Assembly (NCBI GenBank): GCA_002309425.1
Contig: DBXD01000066.1
Coordinates: 9,809 to 73,808 of the forward strand
DNA length: 64,000 nt
From: Cyanobacteria bacterium UBA1221
GTDB taxonomy: Bacteria > Cyanobacteriota > Vampirovibrionia > Gastranaerophilales > Gastranaerophilaceae
Direction: 5' to 3'
The translations under genes were made by a program, and so were the position numbers. Below are positions 38,909 to 47,056 of the stretch, piece by piece. Position 1 is the first letter of the stretch, and each line of letters opens with the position of its first letter. The notes beneath the pieces are model-generated. The model had not been told where the DNA came from and ran no database searches. It saw nothing but the letters and a program-made list of their open reading frames with translations.

Positions 38909-40414
38909 ATGGTCTTTTCAGTAAACAATATTACAATCTGCAGAAACAATTTACGAAATCATTACTGCTCTCAGGTTAGTTTTGAAGGTAAAAAAAAAGG
39001 AGATAAAAAGCCATCCCCTGCTAATAATGCACATCCGGAGAAAGGACAAAAGGCTCCTGCCTGTATGACGACCGCCGAGCGGGTATATATTGAACAAACC
39101 CAAAAAGCAGCCCGCATTGATGCCATAATTGAAGAAGCAATGAAAAATGGAGAGACCTTAACAATTGACGATATCGCCCAAAAAACAGGGCTCAGTCATG
39201 CGGAAGTCGCCAGTGTCATATACAGAAGAACCTCTTTAATTAATAAAGACCATTTTGACCGGGTAAAAGACACTACCCACAGACCGCATCCTGCGACAGA
39301 GAAAGAAGTTGGACTTGTATATAACTTCACCCTCGCTGCCGGCAGTTATGGGGTTTCCACTCCGGAATATCCTATCTTGCCCGAAACAGATTACGTTCGG
39401 GAACTTGCAAACTTGCTAAAAAGACTGGCCCTTAGCGAGGAATCAGTTAAAGTGATTGCGGAAAACTTTCCAAAAGCACCGGCTTTTACCGACATGATAC
39501 TTTCTTTAAAGAAAAATGGCGGACACAGGCGCTGCCAAACAGTAGCTCCAAAAACACTAAATGATTTATATAAGGCACACGAAATTAATCCTGATTTAAC
39601 GGAAGAATTACTTGCAAAACAAGATAAAAATGGGGATTATTGTCACTCTTTACTTCAGGTGCCAAAAATAGTTGTCTTGAACGAATATTCGCCAAAATTG
39701 CTTAAAATTGCAAAAGAAGCACCCGTTGCGGTTTATGATATGTACAAAATGGATGCATTAAGTGCAAAAAAAAGAAGTTTACCAACAGAAGAATTTGACG
39801 GTGAAAAAGATGGCCTGAATTATTCCTCGGAGTTAATTAATGAAACGCCCCGTTACAGCCCGGATGAGTTAATCGGATTGTACAACTGGTCAAAAGAATT
39901 ACCCGAACTTACAAACAGACTTATGACTGATACAATGATTGATGAAGTCTGGTACCCCCGTTTCAGCGGGCAACAAATTTGCTACATTTTGGAGCAATAT
40001 CAAAATTACCCTGATTTAGTTAATACACTAATTAATACTCCAAGCACTTCTCCGGGCATTAAATACAGATTTAAAGCCGGTCAAATCTGCACAATTCTTA
40101 AACAAAACGAAAAAACTCCGAAACTTATATCTTCAATGGTGAATGATAAGACTGACGAATATGTCAGAGGTCTTTATAACAATAAGATTTATCATATAGA
40201 GCCATCACCTTACAGAAAATCCCCAGATTACCGTTTTTCGGCATACAATATTTGTGAAATATTAAAATATTATGATAACTTTCCGAATTTATTAACAAGA
40301 CTCGTAAATGCAACCACAAAAACACCTGATGGAAAAACTGTATATAAATATGACGATTACCAAATATTAAACATCCTGGAAAATGTTCAGGCTAATCAGG
40401 TCAAAAAGGATTAA
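38909..40414 (+). CDS. hypothetical repeat protein (HTH-like segment plus ~6 degenerate 35-45-aa repeats)
   Basis: 501 aa. N-terminus MVFSVNNITICRNNLRNHYCSQVSFEGKKK. LTIDDIAQKTGLSHAEVASVIYRR. Repeats of the type RFSGQQICYILEQYQNYPDLVNTLIN, RFKAGQICTILKQNEKTPKLISSMVN, YRFSAYNICEILKYYDNFPNLLTRLVN. Confidence 0.6.
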   Translation: MVFSVNNITICRNNLRNHYCSQVSFEGKKKGDKKPSPANNAHPEKGQKAPACMTTAERVYIEQTQKAARIDAIIEEAMKNGETLTIDDIAQKTGLSHAEVASVIYRRTSLINKDHFDRVKDTTHRPHPATEKEVGLVYNFTLAAGSYGVSTPEYPILPETDYVRELANLLKRLALSEESVKVIAENFPKAPAFTDMILSLKKNGGHRRCQTVAPKTLNDLYKAHEINPDLTEELLAKQDKNGDYCHSLLQVPKIVVLNEYSPKLLKIAKEAPVAVYDMYKMDALSAKKRSLPTEEFDGEKDGLNYSSELINETPRYSPDELIGLYNWSKELPELTNRLMTDTMIDEVWYPRFSGQQICYILEQYQNYPDLVNTLINTPSTSPGIKYRFKAGQICTILKQNEKTPKLISSMVNDKTDEYVRGLYNNKIYHIEPSPYRKSPDYRFSAYNICEILKYYDNFPNLLTRLVNATTKTPDGKTVYKYDDYQILNILENVQANQVKKD

Positions 40415-40445
40415 ATACATTAGGTATTTAACAGAGGGAAAACAC

Positions 40446-41939
40446 ATGCAAGTATCGGGAATTAACAATTATATTACACATAACCAAATACCATACAAAA
40501 AAGCATCAAATAAATACTCAAATGTACAATTTCTGGGGAAAACAAATTTTTATGCCTTTACTGATGTCCACCAGAACGCGGAAAAGCATTGTAAAATGAT
40601 TTGGGATATTATGCAGCAGCCTGATAAAGATAAAACCGTCATCCTTGATAACGGTGACATTTTTAAAGGGTTATATCCAAAATACACAATGATGCGGACT
40701 TATGCAAAAGCAAAACAAACAGCCCCCAAACTTGAAATTGTTTATAATATCGGCAACAACGACCCGGGATTTATGGAAAACGACAGAGTGCTATTCAGGA
40801 AGTACCTGGAAATTCTGAATAAATCCGGAGTAAAAACGATAAGTGCAAATATTATAGATGAAAAGACCGGAAAAATCCCGGACGGAATATCACCGTACGC
40901 AATTGTGGAACGTGACGGGGATAAACTGCTATACGTAGGCTTCGTCGTTAACAAAATCAGACAGTCTTTTGCCGGTATGGCTACCACTGACCCCGTAACA
41001 GCGCTTGAAAAGCTTGCGCCTGAATTAAAACATGTTATGGAAGAAAATAACTGCAAAGGAATGGTTATGATGGTGCATGATACGGAAGATTCTGCTTATA
41101 AGTTAAAGCAAAAAGCAAAAGAATTGGGATTTAATCCGGAATTTATAATCGGCGGCCACGTACACCATTCTTACCGAGATGACAAGGAAAAAGTGTTTTA
41201 TCCGGAACCTTTTGCACTGTCAATGCTGTCTTTTTGCTTAAATATAGACAAAAACGGACACAATTTAGAAAATTTAACGGAAATATTTTCCGATGACTGC
41301 GAACTAGGAATGTTTAGCAACGAAATTGAACGGGCAAAGGATAACGAAAAGTTTGACGAAAAAATTGCAAAATCCCTAACACAGTTTAATCACAGATATC
41401 AAGACGAATATAAGATGGAATACAGCCAATTGGGGACTCTGTATGCCAACGGAATAAAAGACCTTACGGGCAGCGATATCGGACTGGTTCCAAAGCCCTG
41501 GATATATGATACCTTACCCAAAAAAGACGGCTACATAACAAAACTGGATATTTTGCTTTCATGCCCGCAGCCATTCAGAAATATTGCTCAAATGGAATTG
41601 ACACCCGCCGAACTGAGAAAACTTTATCAGTACGACATTGACAAAAAATCAAGGTTATTTGAAGCTTCCGAAAATTTCAAATTAACACTTGATGAATCAA
41701 ACAAGATAAAACAAATAGAAATCGACGGGAAACCGTTGTTCAATTCCGACGGCTATGCGATAGAACCGGATAAAACCATAAAAGTTGCAATAGACTACCA
41801 TACGGCAGACAGTTCAAATTTCGAATATAAAGAGATAAGAAAAAGTATGTACGACGGAATTGTATATGAATTAAAAAAAGCGGAAAAAGAATTGACGGAA
41901 AACCAACCATATCCGACTGCAACATTAATCAGAATATAA
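40446..41939 (+). CDS. calcineurin-like metallophosphoesterase / 5'-nucleotidase-like protein with tagged N-terminus
   Basis: Start chosen at MQVSG (GAGGG RBS at about -12). The ORF track start at 40383 lies inside the upstream gene. FYAFTDVHQN, LDNGDIFKG, GNNDP, MVHD, GGHVHHS. C-terminal half resembles the 5'-nucleotidase substrate domain. Confidence 0.7.
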   Translation: MQVSGINNYITHNQIPYKKASNKYSNVQFLGKTNFYAFTDVHQNAEKHCKMIWDIMQQPDKDKTVILDNGDIFKGLYPKYTMMRTYAKAKQTAPKLEIVYNIGNNDPGFMENDRVLFRKYLEILNKSGVKTISANIIDEKTGKIPDGISPYAIVERDGDKLLYVGFVVNKIRQSFAGMATTDPVTALEKLAPELKHVMEENNCKGMVMMVHDTEDSAYKLKQKAKELGFNPEFIIGGHVHHSYRDDKEKVFYPEPFALSMLSFCLNIDKNGHNLENLTEIFSDDCELGMFSNEIERAKDNEKFDEKIAKSLTQFNHRYQDEYKMEYSQLGTLYANGIKDLTGSDIGLVPKPWIYDTLPKKDGYITKLDILLSCPQPFRNIAQMELTPAELRKLYQYDIDKKSRLFEASENFKLTLDESNKIKQIEIDGKPLFNSDGYAIEPDKTIKVAIDYHTADSSNFEYKEIRKSMYDGIVYELKKAEKELTENQPYPTATLIRI

Positions 41940-41969
41940 AGAAATTTTAAGTATATTTCTACCAAATAA

Positions 41970-42134
41970 GCAAATTATACAAAATATGACATTATAGTTA
42001 ATGCAGCGGAGGATGCAATGCCTTTTTATGAGTCACAGGGATATAAAAAATGCAATGAAGACACCTCCAGCACAATGATGATATATTACGCACCAAACCT
42101 ACTTAATAACATTAAGAGAAGATTCCGCAAGTAA
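41970..42134 (+). pseudogene. C-terminal remnant of a GNAT acetyltransferase gene
   Basis: An open frame without a start codon reads ...IIVNAAEDAMPFYESQGYKKCNEDTSSTMMIYYAP...RFRK*. xNxxAxxFYExxGY is the GNAT C-terminal motif. Compare NAEDDTVNFYKKIGF in the 19758 gene. Confidence 0.4.
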
Positions 42135-42144
42135 TAAATTATTT

Positions 42145-45100
42145 TTACACTTCGGCTTCATCTTCTTCCGTCTCGGGTTCAATGTCAATATGAGCTTTCA
42201 GTGCTGCTGCCATATTATCAAAGTCAAGAGATTTAGAGGCTCTCATTGCTTCTTCAAAATCTTTCATCTTCTGGTGATATAGTGCAGCTTTTTTCGGATT
42301 TACCGCATTAGAATTAATTATTTGCCTTTCAGCATCCGGCCTTTCAGCATCCGGCCTTTCATCAAATATCTCAACCAAATACTTCGGCATACTTTCGCAT
42401 AAAGGATTATTTCTAATAAATTCTTCTTTATCGACAGATAAAAAGTTTCCATTTGAATCTTTTACTAAAGAATTCTTTGCATCTTTTTTTAATATCTCTC
42501 CATTTTGCGGATTTATACTTATTGTCATTAATTCTTTCCCTTTTTGGACTTTTATTGAATAGTACCCAAAGCCAAAATCTCCGCTTGTCCTGTTTTTAAA
42601 TACCGTTATTAATGCACCGTCAGGCGCTGTTACTGAGAATTTAGCCGAGAAAAGTTGTCCTGTCGGAAGTTTTTCGTGTATTAAATGAGGACTGCGCTCC
42701 TCTACGGGTTTATCAAAAATATCTTTTAATGCATTTGATAAATGTTTTAAATTAATCTCGGAGAGAGGTAAGAACTCTCCGTTGCTATTTAACATTTTTG
42801 CATATTGGTTTTGCAACATCGGATTTATTTTTGCCGATGATGTCTCAGAATTTTCTGCTAACGCTTTATATTTTGCAGCCATTCCCTCAACTACATTGCG
42901 GTGAATCCCCCACGGATGAGCTTCCCGTTCGCTTTCACATTCGGTCAAGAAATCGTGATATGCTGACAAATCGTTGTACACCTTATTAAAAATCAAATCT
43001 AAATACGGATATGCTGTCTTTATCGCTCTTTCATCAAGTTTTACAAGGGAATTTTCCTTCATATGAAGCTTTTTCGAATTTTTGTAATTTTTAGGTATTG
43101 AAGACATTTTATATGAATTACCCTCATCATCAATAACAAAACAATTTTCATAACATCCGTCCTTATCTTTTGTAAGAATCCTTATCCCGCGGCAGACAGA
43201 ATTATCAACCAATACAAATTCATAATCCATACTCGGATTATCTATTTTTCCGGCTGTGTATTTTTTTGCATCTCCATCAGGAAAGAACGCTTTATCCCAA
43301 GACCTGCAGGCACGGTCATTAGATTTATGAATTCTTTTGATTTCTTCTATATACTTTTTAATAGTACGTACTTTATAAACATTAAACTTATAATAATTCT
43401 TTTTAGGATTTTGGAAGTCTTTTACTGCATCTTCTATTGATATAGGATAAGGCGACTTCGATATTGACAGATTTATTGCAGCCATATTTTCCTGATAAAC
43501 ACAGCCTGTTTCTAAGCGCGACATTAATTTTCCTTTAAGCCCGCGTTTCATTGTTGAAGTTAATGTGTTTTCTATTTCCTCACATTGTTCTTTACTTAAA
43601 CCGTTTTTAAATTTCAGGGTTAAAACATTTCTATCGGAAATATCTGCTCTTGCAATTTCTTCAATATTTTTGTCAAAAACTTTAAAACAGAACTCCTCCT
43701 TCTGGCTAACCTGATTTACGGTTTTTGCAATTCCAAGATTCATTTCGCTTTTTTGTGGAAGTAACCCTTTAATTATCAATTCCGAAGTACTCGGTCTGTA
43801 AATAAAATTTAACCTTTCCGAAAGTAAATTATGGGTTCGGAAATCTTTCTTGTTATACACATCAAATACTCTCTGATAATAAGTCTTGATATTTTTTATC
43901 ATTCTTATTTCGTCAATTTTAAGATTATAACTGTTTCCTTTCTGATTTCTGTATTTGTCAGCTTTTAATTCTACCAATTTATGAGATAATCTCCCGCTGT
44001 CAGTTGATTCGGCCTCACAAGCACATTCTGTCATATAATCTTTTAAAACCGATATCTCGCTGCATATTTTATTAAAAATTAAATCAAGTCCTTCAGTTTT
44101 TACGGCATTTTCATCGAGCTTAATCAGCGAAGGCACACTCAATGTTATACTATCCGGGTCAGTACACTTTTCCGGAATTTTTTTAAATTTATGTGCCTTT
44201 CCGTCAGAACTGATTACATAGCCGTTTTTATAATATCCGTTTTCGTCTTTCGTCAGAATTTTAATACCACTTATTACTTTGTTATCAATAAAACTAAATT
44301 CATAATTTGTATCAGTACCATTTATATTCACATTTCCGGTATTATAACTTTTCTTCTCAGGATAAAGGGCTTTTAACCAAATACGGAAAGTCATTACATG
44401 CTCCTTATAAATATCCTGAACATCTTCAAATTTTTGTTTCAAATTTGAGATTTCTGAGCTGTCAAAACTATAAGCTTCCATTGGTGAAGCCAGCTGCTGT
44501 CTTACTTCTGAAATTGTAAGCGGGTGATAAGATTGAGCTCTGGCATCTTCGACCAGCTTGTAATTTTCATGATAAAAAGTTGCATCATCCAAACGGGATA
44601 ATAAGCGTTCACTCAGTCCATTATCCATTTCTGATTTTAATGTTTTTACGATGTTTTCAACGAACTCTGAATCTGCTCCATTTTTAACAAACAATTCAGC
44701 ATCTTTGTTATCCGTAAAAACTATCCTTGCAACTTCTATCTGTTCTTTGTCAAAAATTCTCAAATGGAACTTGTCATCAGCAGCTTTTCTGATTGCGGTC
44801 CCACCGAAACCGAACAGGAAACTTGATTCAGGCATCAGTCCGTCTATAATAAACCCCGGCACACCGGTTTGGCGGATAAAACCTGAACCTTCCGTTAAAC
44901 GTTCACATATGCGTGCTGGTTTGCTATCATATGCTTTTGATATCCTGTCCGTATAAGTCTGAATATTATTTATGAGTTCTGATTCTTTGTCACTCAATTT
45001 GTACGTTTTTACGAGTTTAATATTATTATATTGAAATTGAGCTTCTTCTAATTGTTTTGCTCTTTCAGCCCTTGCTGATTTTTGTACCGCGTTCGCGGCA

Positions 45101-46254
45101 TGGGCAGCTCCCAGTCTTTCAAGTTTACTGCGCTCCACTCTGTCAATATATTTTTGTCTTTCAGGAGTGACAGAATTATATGAGCCAATTAAATTTTTAT
45201 TCTGTGTATACAGCATTTTTAACTGATATCTGTATATTTTGTCTGACTCACGGCTTGCAAAATCAAACATATACTTTATGTCGTCATCATCAAGTTCTTC
45301 CTCAGTTAAGGGTTTTAAGAATGTAGATGCCCACACATTATGTTTTGGACCTTTATTTTCCTTATCTAAATCTATACTGCAAATTTCACCGCTATCTTTT
45401 GCCAGATACCCGTGTTTTGGATTATTATTTTTATCATACACAGTAATCGCCATTCCGTCATAACAACTATTCTTAATCGGCGCATAAGTAAAATAAATAT
45501 CTTTCTCTTTTATTGAACCTGAAGTCAGGCTTTTGTTTTCTTTATCCGCAAAATCAAAATCACTCCAGAATGCCTTGCTGTTTATTGTTTTTCCTAATAC
45601 ATTACTGAGTTCCTTCGCTTCCACGAACCGCGCAACCATTTTTTGCACATCTTCTTTAGATTTCAGATCAATATTTCCAACAGCTCCCGAATCCAAAATT
45701 TCACCGACCTTGTCCAGAGCCGTTTCAGCTTTTTGCCCGACGGCTTTTATGAATTTGTTATTATTCTTATTTATCTGATACAAATATTTTTCCAGTTCTT
45801 CCTGACTCAAATCTTCATCCGCAATTACATCAACTTTTCCGCCTTTTGACACAATCATTTTTATTACAGGTTCACCGTTATCCTTATTTACCGTAAATGT
45901 CATTAAACTGTCATCAGCTTGTCCTTTTTCAAACTTAACATCTTTGGCATCCCCGGAATTTAAAACATCATCTAATAAAAATGAATTTGCATCTGCAGGG
46001 GACAGAAAACCTATTCCGTCTTTGAATAATTTAGTAATACTTTCCCCGGCTGCATGAAACATAATATTTAATTGTCTGTAACACAGAGAAAGAGTAGAAA
46101 CTTTTTTTAATTTCTTCTTATCCAGCTTAAAAGTGTCTGCATGATTGTTTAAATCACCTCTGAATACCGGTGAATATTTTCTATTTTGGGGTAAATCTTG
46201 TGTTTTATAAAATTGACTGTATATTTGCATAGCACATACATGAAAAACAAACAT
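42145..46254 (-). CDS. giant hypothetical protein (1369 aa) with internal ~340-aa tandem duplication
   Basis: Long uninterrupted ORF. Probable start at the second Met (46230), giving MQIYSQFYKTQDLPQNRKYSPVFRG. Residues ~411-750 and ~776-1110 align along their length. Acidic C-terminus. Confidence 0.7.
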   Translation of the reverse strand: MFVFHVCAMQIYSQFYKTQDLPQNRKYSPVFRGDLNNHADTFKLDKKKLKKVSTLSLCYRQLNIMFHAAGESITKLFKDGIGFLSPADANSFLLDDVLNSGDAKDVKFEKGQADDSLMTFTVNKDNGEPVIKMIVSKGGKVDVIADEDLSQEELEKYLYQINKNNNKFIKAVGQKAETALDKVGEILDSGAVGNIDLKSKEDVQKMVARFVEAKELSNVLGKTINSKAFWSDFDFADKENKSLTSGSIKEKDIYFTYAPIKNSCYDGMAITVYDKNNNPKHGYLAKDSGEICSIDLDKENKGPKHNVWASTFLKPLTEEELDDDDIKYMFDFASRESDKIYRYQLKMLYTQNKNLIGSYNSVTPERQKYIDRVERSKLERLGAAHAANAVQKSARAERAKQLEEAQFQYNNIKLVKTYKLSDKESELINNIQTYTDRISKAYDSKPARICERLTEGSGFIRQTGVPGFIIDGLMPESSFLFGFGGTAIRKAADDKFHLRIFDKEQIEVARIVFTDNKDAELFVKNGADSEFVENIVKTLKSEMDNGLSERLLSRLDDATFYHENYKLVEDARAQSYHPLTISEVRQQLASPMEAYSFDSSEISNLKQKFEDVQDIYKEHVMTFRIWLKALYPEKKSYNTGNVNINGTDTNYEFSFIDNKVISGIKILTKDENGYYKNGYVISSDGKAHKFKKIPEKCTDPDSITLSVPSLIKLDENAVKTEGLDLIFNKICSEISVLKDYMTECACEAESTDSGRLSHKLVELKADKYRNQKGNSYNLKIDEIRMIKNIKTYYQRVFDVYNKKDFRTHNLLSERLNFIYRPSTSELIIKGLLPQKSEMNLGIAKTVNQVSQKEEFCFKVFDKNIEEIARADISDRNVLTLKFKNGLSKEQCEEIENTLTSTMKRGLKGKLMSRLETGCVYQENMAAINLSISKSPYPISIEDAVKDFQNPKKNYYKFNVYKVRTIKKYIEEIKRIHKSNDRACRSWDKAFFPDGDAKKYTAGKIDNPSMDYEFVLVDNSVCRGIRILTKDKDGCYENCFVIDDEGNSYKMSSIPKNYKNSKKLHMKENSLVKLDERAIKTAYPYLDLIFNKVYNDLSAYHDFLTECESEREAHPWGIHRNVVEGMAAKYKALAENSETSSAKINPMLQNQYAKMLNSNGEFLPLSEINLKHLSNALKDIFDKPVEERSPHLIHEKLPTGQLFSAKFSVTAPDGALITVFKNRTSGDFGFGYYSIKVQKGKELMTISINPQNGEILKKDAKNSLVKDSNGNFLSVDKEEFIRNNPLCESMPKYLVEIFDERPDAERPDAERQIINSNAVNPKKAALYHQKMKDFEEAMRASKSLDFDNMAAALKAHIDIEPETEEDEAEV
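42325..42360. repeat. 15-bp tandem repeat (2.4 copies) inside the giant ORF
   Basis: cctttcagcatccgg x2 plus cctttc, encoding ERPDAERPDAER. Confidence 0.9.
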
Positions 46255-46284
46255 ACAAATAATTGCCCTTTTTTAAAAATAAAC

Positions 46285-46312
46285 TTTACAAAAATTAATG
46301 TATAAATATAAT
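46285..46312 (+). promoter_or_regulatory. sigma70-like promoter of tRNA-Gln
   Basis: TTTACA (46285-46290), 16-nt spacer, TATAAT (46307-46312), about 47 nt upstream of the tRNA. Confidence 0.45.
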
Positions 46313-46359
46313 ATCTTCATATTGTTTTTTTTTAATGAGGTGGTACAATAATTTTGTAA

Positions 46360-46430
46360 TCCCGGATCGTCTAGCGGCAGGACTGATGACTCTGGATCAT
46401 CCAACAGTGGTTCGAATCCATTTCCGGGAA
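46360..46430 (+). tRNA. tRNA-Gln (anticodon CUG)
   Basis: Hand-folded cloverleaf: acceptor TCCCGGA/TCCGGGA with U1-A72, D arm GTCT-AGCGGCA-GGAC, anticodon arm GATGA-CTCTGGA-TCATC, T arm AGTGG-TTCGAAT-CCATT, discriminator A. CCA is not encoded. Confidence 0.85.
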
Positions 46431-46433
46431 AAT

Positions 46434-46470
46434 AAGAAGGCAGAATAAATATTCTGCCTTCTTATTTGTT
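46434..46470. terminator. rho-independent terminator (serves the tRNA and probably the convergent 46528 gene)
   Basis: AAGAAGGCAGAAT-AAAT-ATTCTGCCTTCTT followed by ATTTGTT. Confidence 0.8.
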
Positions 46471-46527
46471 ATTCATTTTTTTATTATTGGGAATAACCAC
46501 CCCCGGTAATATTTTTACCGGCTTTAA

Positions 46528-46995
46528 TTATAATTCTCCGTTTGCTATCATTCCGGCCGCTACTTTATATTTATACGCATCTGCATCAGGCCGTGGAACC
46601 AAACACATCAGGGCCGCATATGCGTTATTCCACTTGTCAATAGATGCATCTTCATCTCCTATTGCAATACCTATACCCTCATATAAATATAAATAGTAGG
46701 GTTTCGGCAATCTGCCTTCCAAAAATTTTATTAATTTATCATCTGTCAATTTGAACATCTGAATAGATTTGCTATCCGAATAAACATTTTCTTTAAGTTC
46801 GGTCATTTTAGGCATATAATCATTTACTTCATTTAAGTCCGAACAAACCTTGACATCAATAATGTTTTGTCCAAGCAGGTCTATCGCTCTTTGCGAGAGC
46901 GGTTCTTTAAAACCGTTTCCGAAAAAGGTCCTGCAGCTACAGCACCTTTGCGGCCGTGAGAAATAACCATTGTATTGTACAGGAGAGATATTCAT
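46528..46995 (-). CDS. hypothetical protein
   Basis: 155 aa. N-terminus MNISPVQYNGYFSRPQRCCSCRTFFGN. Its upstream module is nearly identical to that of the 47057..48508 gene. Confidence 0.55.
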   Translation of the reverse strand: MNISPVQYNGYFSRPQRCCSCRTFFGNGFKEPLSQRAIDLLGQNIIDVKVCSDLNEVNDYMPKMTELKENVYSDSKSIQMFKLTDDKLIKFLEGRLPKPYYLYLYEGIGIAIGDEDASIDKWNNAYAALMCLVPRPDADAYKYKVAAGMIANGEL

Positions 46996-47001
46996 ATTTT
47001 A

Positions 47002-47030
47002 ATTAAAACCCGTAAAAAAATTTTTTGCTG
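47002..47030 (-). promoter_or_regulatory. putative promoter CAGCAA-N17-TTTAAT, 6 nt before the ATG (leaderless)
   Basis: The minus strand reads GGCAGCAAAAAATTTTTTTACGGGTTTTAATTAAAATATG, with no SD. Confidence 0.4.
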
Positions 47031-47056
47031 CCATATATTAATTTTATTAAAAATTT

